From the NCBI GenBank assembly GCA_009992505.1, contig JAACVI010000119.1, forward strand, positions 1 to 38,422: 38,422 bases of DNA. The letters run 5' to 3'. Source of the DNA: Myxococcales bacterium (GTDB lineage Bacteria; Myxococcota_A; Polyangia; Polyangiales; Houyiibacteriaceae). Made by a program: the position numbers and the translations under genes. Below are positions 17,577 to 26,651 of the stretch, in pieces. Positions within the stretch are counted from its first letter, which is position 1; each line of letters begins with the position of its first letter. Under the pieces are notes generated by a model. It had not been told where the DNA came from, made no database searches, and saw only the letters and a program-made list of their open reading frames with translations.

Positions 17577-18677
17577 ATGAGGCAGATGACCAAGCGTCTG
17601 GCGACTCGAGCGATCTGCGCTGCGTTGCTGCTATCGGTGTGGGGTCTCGGCTGCGGTGGCGGCAAGTCCGCCGGCGACGGGGGCACGGGCGATGGAGCTG
17701 TCGCCGATGGCGGGGATGGCGGGACGTCGGACGGCGCGACCACGGACGGCGCGACCACGGACGGCGCGACCACGGACGGCGCGACCACGGACGGCGCGAC
17801 CACGGACGGCGCGACCACGGACGGCGCGACCACGGACGGCGCGACCACGGACGGTGCGACGACCGACGGCGGAGGCGTGGACAGCGGCCCCGCGCCCTGT
17901 GTGCCCGTGATGTGCCAGGGCTCGCTGCGCCAATGCGGCGACTGCGTCGACAACGACGGCGATGGCCTCGCCGACGCGCGCGACCCCAGCTGCCTGGGCG
18001 CCTGCGACAACAACGAGTCCGGCCTGAGCACGGGCATCCCCGGCGGCGACACGCCGCAGTGTGGACTCGACTGCTACTACGACACGGATCAGGGCTCCGG
18101 AAACGACAAATGCAACTGGGATGGACGTTGCGATCCGCTCGAGCCCGACGCGCTGCGCTGCCCCTACTCGGACCCGCCACCGCCTTCGGCAAACTGCCCC
18201 GCGACACAGCGCAGCGAGTGCCTCGACTTCTGTCGACCGCTGACACCCAACGGCTGCGACTGCTTCGGCTGCTGCGAGCTGCCCGCCCTCTCGGGCAGCT
18301 TCGTCTTCCTCGGTTCGGTGAACGCCGCGGGCGACCCCACCTGCACCATCGACCACGTGAGCAACGCGGCGCTCTGTCACCCGTGCACGCCCGTCGAGGG
18401 CGAGTGCTACAACCCCTGCGGGCGCTGCGAGCTGTGCGTCGGACGTGATCCTTCGACTATCCCCGCGGACTGCTTCCCGCCTCCGCCTCCAGGGGACGGC
18501 GGCACGCCCATGGACGGCGGCACGCCTGTGGACAGCGGCACACCCGTGGACAGCGGCACGCCCATGGATGCCGGCGCGCGCTGCGATCCCGGCGTGCAGG
18601 CCTGTGGGCTTCCGGGTGATCCGGCTTGCCCCACGGGCAACTTCTGTCTGACGGGCTGCTGCGTCTACTTCGGCTGA
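17577..18677 (+). CDS. secreted cysteine-rich lipoprotein with (DGATT)x9 linker
   Basis: ATG 17577 preceded by GAGGTGAGG. Signal peptide plus lipobox LLLSVWGLG-C-GGG. Nine DGATT repeats. The mature domain has about 32 Cys by my count, including a CGDCVDNDGDGLADARDPSC metal-binding-like motif. Confidence 0.8.
   Translation: MRQMTKRLATRAICAALLLSVWGLGCGGGKSAGDGGTGDGAVADGGDGGTSDGATTDGATTDGATTDGATTDGATTDGATTDGATTDGATTDGATTDGGGVDSGPAPCVPVMCQGSLRQCGDCVDNDGDGLADARDPSCLGACDNNESGLSTGIPGGDTPQCGLDCYYDTDQGSGNDKCNWDGRCDPLEPDALRCPYSDPPPPSANCPATQRSECLDFCRPLTPNGCDCFGCCELPALSGSFVFLGSVNAAGDPTCTIDHVSNAALCHPCTPVEGECYNPCGRCELCVGRDPSTIPADCFPPPPPGDGGTPMDGGTPVDSGTPVDSGTPMDAGARCDPGVQACGLPGDPACPTGNFCLTGCCVYFG
17730..17864 (+). 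repeat. 15-bp tandem repeat x9 (gacggcgcgaccacg), codon-aligned
   Basis: Eight identical units plus a ninth with synonymous changes (gacggtgcgacgacc). Encodes DGATT x9. Confidence 0.95.
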
Positions 18678-18681
18678 GCGC

Positions 18682-19203
18682 TCAGCCCAGGGCGATCTTC
18701 AGACCCAACTCGGTCTTCATGTGCAGCAGCGCCTCGGCGTTGCCCTTGGCGTCGTCCACGGGGTGATGCGTGTGCTTCGTGCGCCGCAAGCGCTTGAAGG
18801 TCTGAAACGTGTCCCGGACCAGGCCCTTGTACAGCGAGCCCAGGTTCTGGGAGCTGAAGCCAAAGGGGTTGTCGCCCAGGAAGTGGTGGAAATACCAGTT
18901 GATGAATTGCCAATCGAAGCCGTTGTTGTCGGAGATGAAGAGCTTGCGCTTGTCGCATTCATCGTCCAGCCAGGCGGCGAAGCGTGCCATGACCTCTTCA
19001 GGCGCGTCGAAGGCCAGCGTCTCTTCACGGCTATGCCCCGCGACCGCGAGCGCTTCGGGGATCCAGCGCTCGGAGATGGGCTGGAGCTGCCCATAGAAGC
19101 TGCGCTCGAGGCCCGGCTCCACGATCACGGCGCCGAAAGAGACCATGGAGTAGTCCCCGGGAATGGGCCCGTCGGCCTCGATGTCGACCATCACATACGT
19201 CAT
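18682..19203 (-). CDS. DEDD-family 3'-5' exonuclease (DnaQ/RNase T-like)
   Basis: Exo motifs VDIEADGP (ExoI), SDNNGFDWQF (ExoII) and HHPVDDAKGNAE (ExoIII, DEDDh type). Confidence 0.8.
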   Translation of the reverse strand: MTYVMVDIEADGPIPGDYSMVSFGAVIVEPGLERSFYGQLQPISERWIPEALAVAGHSREETLAFDAPEEVMARFAAWLDDECDKRKLFISDNNGFDWQFINWYFHHFLGDNPFGFSSQNLGSLYKGLVRDTFQTFKRLRRTKHTHHPVDDAKGNAEALLHMKTELGLKIALG

Positions 19204-19250
19204 GCCGACAAGCTACGACCGCCGTCTGCACGCGCAAGCGGCGCGCCCAC

Positions 19251-20123
19251 TCAGATCTGGAACACGCGCACGGCGTTGTCGTGCACGAAGAGGCGCCGTG
19301 TCTCGTCGTCGAGCCCAAGCTCCTGCACCTGGGACAGGCACGCGCCGGGCAGGATCATCGGGTAGTTCGAGCCGAAGAGGACCTTCCGCCGTCCGTCCGT
19401 CTTCAGGTAGCGCACGAGGGACTCGGGATAGCGCTTGGGCTTGTAGGCGCTGGTGTCGATGAACACGTTCTCGTACTTGCGCGCCATGGCCACGAGCTCC
19501 TCGGTCCACGGATAGCCGACGTGCCCGCCCACGATCGTCAGCTCGGGGAAGTCCGCGGCGACGCGGTCGAGGTAGGGGATCGGTCGTCCGGGCTCGGACG
19601 CCATCAAGGGCCCGGCGTGACCGACTTGCGTGCAGAAGGGGACGCCGAGCTCGACGCACTCGGCGTAGAGCGGGTAGTAGCGTCGATCGTCGGGCGGCAG
19701 CTCCCACAGCCAGGGCAGCATGCGCAGCGCCTTGAAGCCCAGCTCCTTCACCGCGCGTCGCAGCTCGTGCACCGCTTGCACCGGCTTCCTCAAGTCGACG
19801 GCGGCCACGCCCACCAGTCGCTCCGGCGCGGCGCGCACCATGGCGGCGACCTCGTCGTTGCTGATGCTCGGGCCCGCGGGCGAGGACCAAGCCGTGACCA
19901 GGGCGCGCGTCACGCCTCCCCCGTCCATGGCGCCCAGCGTCGCCTCGAGCGGGATCTCGTCCGGGATGCCGCGTTCCTTCATCCAGCGGTGCAACGAGGC
20001 GAAGATGGGATGTCGCACGAAGTCGGGCGTGGGATGTTGGATCCAGGCGTCGATGATGGGCTCGTGGGGGGCGCTCATGCCGCGCAGCATATAGGCCGCC
20101 GCGCCATGCACGCGAGTGCCCAC
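19251..20123 (-). CDS. amidohydrolase-2 family (ACMSD-like) metal-dependent hydrolase
   Basis: IIDAWIQHP, TIVGGHVGYPW and FIDTS...VLFGSNYP match the TIM-barrel amidohydrolase_2 pattern. Start uncertain: 20123, 20090 or 20078. Confidence 0.75.
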   Translation of the reverse strand: MGTRVHGAAAYMLRGMSAPHEPIIDAWIQHPTPDFVRHPIFASLHRWMKERGIPDEIPLEATLGAMDGGGVTRALVTAWSSPAGPSISNDEVAAMVRAAPERLVGVAAVDLRKPVQAVHELRRAVKELGFKALRMLPWLWELPPDDRRYYPLYAECVELGVPFCTQVGHAGPLMASEPGRPIPYLDRVAADFPELTIVGGHVGYPWTEELVAMARKYENVFIDTSAYKPKRYPESLVRYLKTDGRRKVLFGSNYPMILPGACLSQVQELGLDDETRRLFVHDNAVRVFQI

Positions 20124-20149
20124 GCGGCTGTCGTGCTAGAGCAGGGGCC

Positions 20150-20566
20150 ATGAGGCGTCTCGGTGTGGATCCTGGCTCGGCGCGGGTGGGTCTCTCGTTC
20201 ATGGACGAGGGCGCGCCCATCGTCGTGCCCATCGGCACGGTCGAGGTGAACAAGGACCTGGCGCGGGCCGCCCGTGAGGTGGCCGAGGTGGCGAGGAGCC
20301 GTGGCGTCGACGAGGTGGTCGTCGGTCTGCCGCTCAGCCTCAGTGGTCAGGAGGGGATCGCCGCGCGGAGCGCTCGTCGCTTCGCCTCGATGCTCGAGGC
20401 CGGGCTCGACGTCCCCGTCGTGCTCTGGGACGAGCGGCTGACCACGGCGCAGGCGCAGCGCGGATTGCGCGGGCTCGGCGTCTCCAGCAAGGCGCAGCGG
20501 AACGTGATCGACCAGGCCGCGGCCACCTTGCTGCTCCAGAGCTACGTGGACGCGAAGGGAGGCTGA
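20150..20566 (+). CDS. ruvX: Holliday junction resolvase-like protein RuvX/YqgF
   Basis: MRRLGVDPGSARVGL...VVGLPLSLSG.EG....ARRF...VVLWDERLTT.AQ...DQAAATLLLQSY is the YqgF family core. Confidence 0.9.
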   Translation: MRRLGVDPGSARVGLSFMDEGAPIVVPIGTVEVNKDLARAAREVAEVARSRGVDEVVVGLPLSLSGQEGIAARSARRFASMLEAGLDVPVVLWDERLTTAQAQRGLRGLGVSSKAQRNVIDQAAATLLLQSYVDAKGG

Positions 20567-20570
20567 GCGC

Positions 20571-21725
20571 GTGGCGACCCGTGCGAAACCTCGCCGCGCA
20601 GGGCGCGTGGCCAAGCCTCGATGGCGCAGGACGCGTGTGCTCACTCTGCTCGCGACGCTGCCTCTGGTGCTGGGTCTCGCGGCCGCCGGCTACTTGCTGA
20701 TCGTCTACCCGTCGCGGCCCCACGTCGGCAGCGGTCACCTCGTGCACTTCGAGCTGCCGCCCGATGCATCGCCCGAGCTGCTCGCACGGCGCCTCGAGGA
20801 CGCCGGCCTGGTGGACCGGTCGCGGCTCTTCGCCATCTATCTTCGGCTCGTGACGCGCGGGAAGGAGCTGCGCGAGGGCGAGCTCGCCATGCGCGACAAC
20901 CTGAGCCCGGCCGAGGTGGCGCGTCGCGTGCTGGTCCATGGCGCGGCGCCCGTCGTCGTCACCCTCCCCGAGGGCGAGAACCGCTTCGACATCGCGCGTC
21001 GGCTCGAGGCGCAGGGCGTGTGCGACGCGGACGACTTCGTGGAGGTGACCGAGCGGCGCAGCTTCCTCGACGCGCACGACCTCAGCGCCGACAGCGCCGA
21101 GGGCTACCTCTTCCCCGACACCTACACGCTGCGCCAGGAGATGTCCGCGGCCACCGTCGCCGGGCGCATGATCCAGACCTTTCGCCGACGCATGTTGCTG
21201 CTGCTCGAACATCACGCGGCCGGCATGGCGCAACTGTCGCAGCAGCTCGGCTTCGACCTCCAGGACGTGGTCACCCTCGCGTCGATCGTCGAGGAGGAGG
21301 CCGCCGCGTCCGAGGAGCGCCCCGTGATCGCGGGCGTCTTCCTCAATCGCCTGCGCTCCGACACCTTCCGGCCGCGGCATCGTCTTCAGGCCGATCCCAC
21401 GGTCTCCTACGGTTGCTTGCGCGAGCCCACGCGCGCGGCGAGCTGCGCCGGCTTCGACGGGCGTCACATCACCCGCGCCATGCTCAGCGACGGCAGCAAC
21501 CGCTACAACACCTACCGACACCCGGGCCTGCCGCCGGGTCCGGTCACGAACCCCGGACTCGAGAGCCTCGAGGCCGTGCTCGAATCGGCGCACCACGACT
21601 ACCTCTACTTCGTCGCCCGCGGCCAGGGCCGACACTCCTTCAGCGCCGACCTCACGAGCCACAACGCCCGCGTCGAGGAGTACCTCGAGCTCTCACACCC
21701 CGCGCAGACCGACGCCGGTCGTTAG
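20571..21725 (+). CDS. mltG: endolytic murein transglycosylase MltG (YceG-like)
   Basis: GTG start 5 nt after the ruvX stop. N-terminal TM segment. [36 protein letters not shown] and YLYFVARG motifs. Confidence 0.9.
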   Translation: MATRAKPRRAGRVAKPRWRRTRVLTLLATLPLVLGLAAAGYLLIVYPSRPHVGSGHLVHFELPPDASPELLARRLEDAGLVDRSRLFAIYLRLVTRGKELREGELAMRDNLSPAEVARRVLVHGAAPVVVTLPEGENRFDIARRLEAQGVCDADDFVEVTERRSFLDAHDLSADSAEGYLFPDTYTLRQEMSAATVAGRMIQTFRRRMLLLLEHHAAGMAQLSQQLGFDLQDVVTLASIVEEEAAASEERPVIAGVFLNRLRSDTFRPRHRLQADPTVSYGCLREPTRAASCAGFDGRHITRAMLSDGSNRYNTYRHPGLPPGPVTNPGLESLEAVLESAHHDYLYFVARGQGRHSFSADLTSHNARVEEYLELSHPAQTDAGR

Positions 21726-21771
21726 ACCCGGAGGATGGCTTGCGACCGCGCGGGACCTTATACTTGGCGGC

Positions 21772-22392
21772 GTGACCTCTCCCAAGTCCAAGAACATCCG
21801 CGTGCACGAGTCCGAGCTCCACTCGGAGGACCGCCAGCGCGCCCATGGCCACGCCGGACTGACCCTGTGGTTCACCGGCCTCTCGGGCTCCGGAAAGAGC
21901 ACGCTGGCCTACCGGCTCGAGCGCTTGCTGACGGAACACGGCGTCTTCGCTTACGTGCTCGACGGCGACGGGGTGCGCCACGGCCTGTGCCGCGATCTGG
22001 GCTTCGCGCCCGAGGATCGGCGCGAGAACATTCGTCGCGTGGGCGAGGTCGCGGGGCTCTTCACCGACGCCGGCGTGGTGCTGCTGACGGCCTTCATCTC
22101 TCCCTACCGCAGCGACCGTGACGCGGTGCGCGCGCTGCTCGGAGACTCCTTCGTCGAGGTGCACGTGGCGGCCTCCCTCGAGGTCTGTGAGTCGCGCGAT
22201 CCGAAGGGCCTGTACCAGAAGGCGCGCAGCGGCGAGATCCCTGCTTTCACCGGCGTGAGCGCGCCCTACGAGGAGCCCGAATCGCCCGAGATTCGCGTGG
22301 ACACGGGCGTCCTCTCCATCGACCAGGCCGCCGCCGAGGTGATGGCGTGGCTCGAGGCGAAGCGTGAGCTTGGCTTGCCCGGGCGCCGCTGA
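21772..22392 (+). CDS. cysC: adenylyl-sulfate (APS) kinase
   Basis: GTG start. [16 protein letters not shown]-loop, [29 protein letters not shown] and YEEPESPEI motifs. Confidence 0.9.
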   Translation: MTSPKSKNIRVHESELHSEDRQRAHGHAGLTLWFTGLSGSGKSTLAYRLERLLTEHGVFAYVLDGDGVRHGLCRDLGFAPEDRRENIRRVGEVAGLFTDAGVVLLTAFISPYRSDRDAVRALLGDSFVEVHVAASLEVCESRDPKGLYQKARSGEIPAFTGVSAPYEEPESPEIRVDTGVLSIDQAAAEVMAWLEAKRELGLPGRR

Positions 22393-22459
22393 CATCGATT
22401 CGAAAAGCCCCCGCGTGATTGTCCATGACGACACCTCCGCTGGGGTCCATCCTTCCGGC

Positions 22460-24595
22460 ATGGACGTTGGCCTCCGAGGAGCCCTCTTCGATTCCTTCGC
22501 GCCCGAAGCGCGCGCCGACCTGGCGACCTTCTTCGAGCCCGTCAGCTCCGCCGCGGGCGAGTTCGCCGTGCGCGAGGGCGACCGCGAGCGCGACATGTAC
22601 GTCATCCTCGAGGGCGAGGCGTTGGTCGAGCGCGGTGGCGTCGAAGTCGACCGCCTCGAGGGTGGGGATCACTTCGGCGAACTCTCGCTCATCGCCTCGC
22701 GTCCTCGCGCCGCGAGCGTGCGGGCGGTGACGCCGCTCTCGCTGCTCCGCCTCACGCCCGCCAGCCTGCGCCGCCTGACGAAGGAGCGGCCGGATCTGGT
22801 CGTGCCCCTGCTCGAGGTGCTGATCGCCACTCTGGGCGAGGAGCTGTCGAGCATGACCGACGGCGTGCGCGCGCTGCTACGCGACCGCTCGCTGCCGCGT
22901 CAGCGCCACGTGCACGCGACGGTGGGTGGCGTGGTCGAGGAGGTCTGGATCGGAACGCCGGTGGGCGCGCTCTTGCCGGTGACGGTGGACGGACACCCCA
23001 CGGTGGCGGCCTTGCTCGGCGAGCGGCCCGTGTCCATGGCGACGCCGCTCTCGTCCGACGCCGTGATCACGCCGCTGACGACCGCCCATTGGGAGGGCCG
23101 GCGCATTTACCAGCGCTCCCTGGCGCTCCTGCTGCTCGAGGCCGCCGACGATCTCGGCTTCGACCTCTCGCTGGACTACTCGGTGGGGCTCGGTCAGCGC
23201 GTGCGGGTCGAGACGGACGATCGGGAGGCCGCGGCGCACGCGATCGAGACGCGCATGCACGAGCTGGCCACGGACGACCGACCCCTGCATGACGAGCTAT
23301 GGACGCTGGAGGAGGCGCGCGCCCACCTCGAGGAGTCGGGCGACCGAGCGGGCGTCGATCTCTTGCGCACCTGGCGGCAGCCCGCGCTCTCCCTGGCCTC
23401 ATACGGCCGCGTCTATGCGCCGACCCCCGGGCCGCTCCTGGCCAGCACCGGTCCGTTGACGGGCTTCCGGGTCGTGGTCGACGACGGCGCGCTCTTGCTC
23501 GTCTACGGCCCGCACGGCTCGCAAGCCACGCCTGCGCGCGAAACGCCCGCCGATGCGCGTCACTCGCGCCCGCCACCACCGCCGCTGCTCGATGCGGCTC
23601 TCCGCGCATCCTTCCACGCCCGCAACATGACGCGTGAGCCGCAGCGCTGGCTGAGCAGCTTGGGTCTGTCCACCGTGGGCGAGCTGAACAGGGCCTGCAT
23701 CGACGGTGACGTGTCGGAGATGATCCGCGTGGCCGAGGGCTTCCAGGAGAAGCGCATCGGTCGCATCGCGGACGCCATCCACGAGGCGGGCGCGCGCGTG
23801 GTGTGCATCGCTGGGCCCTCGTCCTCGGGCAAGACCACGTTCATCAAGCGCCTCAGCGTGCAGCTCCGGGTCGATGGCCTCGAGCCCCATGGCATCAGCC
23901 TCGACGACTACTACGTGGATCGGGAAGAGAACCCGCGAGACGCGCACGGCGAGTACGACTTCGAGGCCTTCGAGGCACTGCGCGTCGACCTCTTTGGTCA
24001 GCACGTCACGGAGCTGCTCGCGGGTCAGGCCGTGCGCACGGCGCGCTACGATTTCCAGACGGGCCGAAGCTCTCCCGCCGGTGGTCCCGAGCTCGCCATG
24101 GGCTCGGGCGGTATCCTCCTGCTCGAGGGGCTCCACGCGCTGAACCCACGCCTGCTCGCGGCCGTGGATCCCGATCGCATCTTCCGCGTCTTCATCTGTC
24201 CGCTGGCGCAGCTCCCCCTCGACAGGCTGCGCCGCGTCCACGCCTCGGACGTGCGCCTCCTGCGGCGCATCGTGCGCGATCGCCATGGGCGCGGCACCAC
24301 GCCCGCCGCCAACATCGCGCGCTGGCCGGCGGTGCGACGCGGCGAGCAGAAGCACATCTTCCCCTTCCAACAGCACGCGGATGCGGTCTTCGACTCGTCT
24401 CTGATCTACGAGCTGAGCGTGCTGCGCGTCTACGCCGAGCGCTACCTGCTCGAGGTGCCTCAGGATCACCCCTCCTACACCACCGCGTTCCGGCTCCTGG
24501 GCCTGCTCGAGCGCTTCGTGTCGATCTACCCCGACCACGTCCCGCCCACCTCCTTGCTGCGCGAATTCATCGGTGGCAGCGGATTCGAGTACTGA
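22460..24595 (+). CDS. cNMP-binding domain / TGS-SAD-like / uridine kinase-phosphoribulokinase-family fusion protein
   Basis: ATG 22460 inside track ORF 22364..24595. N-terminal FGELSLI...RAASVRA cNMP-binding module. Central region resembles the ThrRS-like N-terminal part of long uridine kinases. C-terminal P-loop IAGPSSSGKTTF plus LLLEGLHALNP and RIVRDRHGRG. Confidence 0.8.
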   Translation: MDVGLRGALFDSFAPEARADLATFFEPVSSAAGEFAVREGDRERDMYVILEGEALVERGGVEVDRLEGGDHFGELSLIASRPRAASVRAVTPLSLLRLTPASLRRLTKERPDLVVPLLEVLIATLGEELSSMTDGVRALLRDRSLPRQRHVHATVGGVVEEVWIGTPVGALLPVTVDGHPTVAALLGERPVSMATPLSSDAVITPLTTAHWEGRRIYQRSLALLLLEAADDLGFDLSLDYSVGLGQRVRVETDDREAAAHAIETRMHELATDDRPLHDELWTLEEARAHLEESGDRAGVDLLRTWRQPALSLASYGRVYAPTPGPLLASTGPLTGFRVVVDDGALLLVYGPHGSQATPARETPADARHSRPPPPPLLDAALRASFHARNMTREPQRWLSSLGLSTVGELNRACIDGDVSEMIRVAEGFQEKRIGRIADAIHEAGARVVCIAGPSSSGKTTFIKRLSVQLRVDGLEPHGISLDDYYVDREENPRDAHGEYDFEAFEALRVDLFGQHVTELLAGQAVRTARYDFQTGRSSPAGGPELAMGSGGILLLEGLHALNPRLLAAVDPDRIFRVFICPLAQLPLDRLRRVHASDVRLLRRIVRDRHGRGTTPAANIARWPAVRRGEQKHIFPFQQHADAVFDSSLIYELSVLRVYAERYLLEVPQDHPSYTTAFRLLGLLERFVSIYPDHVPPTSLLREFIGGSGFEY

Positions 24596-24695
24596 GGCTG
24601 GATCCAGCGAGGTGACGCTGGTGCGACGGGCGCCTGTGCGCGTTGACCGCGCTCGCCCAGGGGCTTAGCGTTGGCCCTGGAAAGCGGGGTTTGAC

Positions 24696-26507
24696 ATGGA
24701 TTGTATGAGACAGATCAGCACGCGCGCGGTCCTCGGACTCGCCATCGTGGTCGGCCTTTGGGGCTGCGGAGGTGGTAACAGCCGCACGGACTCGGGCATG
24801 GACGACAGCGGTTCGAGCGACAGCGGTCCCGGCGACAGCGGTCCCGGCGACAGCGGTCCCGGCGACAGCGGTCCCGGCGACAGCGGTCCCGGCGACAGCG
24901 GCATGGACACGGGCACGGCGGACACGGGCACGGCGGACACGGGCACGGCGGACACGGGCACGGCGGACTCCGGCACCGACGCGGGCACGGACTCCGGCAC
25001 CGACGCGGGCACGGGACCGGCAGCGCCGGCCGCGGGCGAGATCGTGATCACCGAGATCATGCAGAACCCCTCGACCCTCTCCGACACGTTGGGCGAGTGG
25101 TTCGAGATTCACAACCCCAGCGCCACCGATCGCTACGAGCTGATGGGCTGCGTCATCACCGGGCTCACGGACGCCGGCATCATGCTCGACACGAGCCTCG
25201 TGATCGCGCCTGGCGAGTATCTCACCTTCGCTTCGAATATAGACCCGGGCTTCGTGCCGGACGTGGTCTGGATGTCGGGATCCTTCGCGCTGACCAACAG
25301 CTCCGACAGCGTGCGCATGAGCTGCCCCGATGGGGCCGGCGGAAGCACGCTGATCGACGAGGTTCTCTATGACGGCGGGCCCATCTTCCCCGATCCGAAC
25401 GGTGCGAGCATGCAGCTCGACACGTCGCACACCAACGCCACCGACAACGACGGCGGCTACAACTGGTGTGACGGCATGACGAACTACAACGGCGACCTCG
25501 GCACGCCCGGCGCCGCCAACGAGGCCTGCCCGAGCCACACGATCGGCTTCTGCCGCCTGCAGTTCCCCACCGCCATCGACACCACCGAGGGCGCGCTCGT
25601 GACCACCTACGGTCGCGTCTACGTTGCGGGTCTCACGGACGTGACGACGACCGGCAATGACACCAGCCCGCTCCTCGTCGCCATGGTGGGCGTCGGACCC
25701 CACGGTTCTGACCCGGCGACGGACGGGACCTGGACTTGGACCACGGCCGCGCCCAACGCCGGCTTCGATCCGACCGCCGCGGGGGAGCCCAACAACGACG
25801 AGTACACTGGAGACGTGACGGTTCAGCCGGCCGTTGGCGGTACACCCACCAGCTACGACTACGCCTACCGGTTCAGCGGCGATCGTGGCGCGAGCTGGAC
25901 CTACTGCGACACGACCGACGTCGGCTCCCCGGACGGCTACATCATCGCGGACGCTGGGCAGATGACCGCTCGCCCCGCGGGTCCTCCCCCAGCGCTGCTC
26001 TTCACCGAGTATGTCGAAGGCACCAGCAACAACAAGGCGATTGAGATCACCAATATCGGCACCAGCATTGCCAGCCTGACCTCGTGCACGCTCAATCGCT
26101 ACACCAACGGAAGCGCCACGGTGTCCGCGACGATTCCGCTGAGCGGAATCCTCACGGGCGATGCACTCGCCGCGGGCGCCAGCGTCGTGCTGTGCAACCC
26201 CAGCATTCTGCCGGCTACGGCCGGAAGTTGCGACGCGCTCGATAGCAACGTCAACCACAACGGTGACGACGGCTGGGACCTCACCTGCGGCACGACCCTG
26301 ATCGACTCCTTCGGCCAGATGAACGGCACCGATCCGGGCAGCTCCTGGAGCGGTGGTGGCGTCGACACGGCCAACCACACCCTGCGCCGCAACTGCGGCG
26401 TGACCACAGGTGATACGGTGATCGACGACGCCTTCGACCCGTCCGTCGAGTGGACGCAGTTCCCGGTCGACACCTTCAGCGATCTGGGCACGTACACCTG
26501 CCCCTGA
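24696..26507 (+). CDS. secreted lipoprotein with repeat linker and two lamin-tail-like (LTD) domains
   Basis: Signal peptide plus lipobox VVGLWG-C-GGG (start ATG 24696 or 24705). (DSGPG)x5, (DTGTA)x4, (DSGTDAGT)x2. GEIVITEIMQNP...GEWFEIHN is LTD-like. The C-terminal LLFTEYVEGTSNNKAIEITN module resembles the N-terminal modules of ExeM/NucH nucleases. Confidence 0.8.
   Translation: MDCMRQISTRAVLGLAIVVGLWGCGGGNSRTDSGMDDSGSSDSGPGDSGPGDSGPGDSGPGDSGPGDSGMDTGTADTGTADTGTADTGTADSGTDAGTDSGTDAGTGPAAPAAGEIVITEIMQNPSTLSDTLGEWFEIHNPSATDRYELMGCVITGLTDAGIMLDTSLVIAPGEYLTFASNIDPGFVPDVVWMSGSFALTNSSDSVRMSCPDGAGGSTLIDEVLYDGGPIFPDPNGASMQLDTSHTNATDNDGGYNWCDGMTNYNGDLGTPGAANEACPSHTIGFCRLQFPTAIDTTEGALVTTYGRVYVAGLTDVTTTGNDTSPLLVAMVGVGPHGSDPATDGTWTWTTAAPNAGFDPTAAGEPNNDEYTGDVTVQPAVGGTPTSYDYAYRFSGDRGASWTYCDTTDVGSPDGYIIADAGQMTARPAGPPPALLFTEYVEGTSNNKAIEITNIGTSIASLTSCTLNRYTNGSATVSATIPLSGILTGDALAAGASVVLCNPSILPATAGSCDALDSNVNHNGDDGWDLTCGTTLIDSFGQMNGTDPGSSWSGGGVDTANHTLRRNCGVTTGDTVIDDAFDPSVEWTQFPVDTFSDLGTYTCP
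24819..25013 (+). repeat. three adjacent codon-aligned tandem repeat blocks
   Basis: gacagcggtcccggc x5 (24819-24893), gacacgggcacggcg x4 (24906-24965), gactccggcaccgacgcgggcacg x2 (24966-25013). All units within a block are identical. Confidence 0.95.
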
Positions 26508-26527
26508 TCGGGACCCTCTGAACGCAG

Positions 26528-26570
26528 CGGCGCCCCTGGTTTCGGCCTCGGGCGCCGTGGTTCGTTCTGG
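26528..26570 (+). terminator. putative intrinsic terminator after the LTD lipoprotein gene
   Basis: 8-bp GC stem cggcgccc(26528-35)/gggcgccg(26550-57) followed by the T-rich tggttcgttctgg. Confidence 0.5.
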
Positions 26571-26651
26571 CGTCTCTCACGCGTGGGCTCGACTAACGGC
26601 CCGACCTGCGCGACCCTTGGCCCACGCCCGTGGGGCGAGAGGAGTGTAGTG

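Noticed and set aside
24643-24671. Sigma-70-like promoter TTGACC - 17 nt - TAGCGT upstream of the LTD lipoprotein gene.
   Set aside because: The -10 match is poor, and such hexamers occur by chance. Not reported as a feature without transcript-start data.
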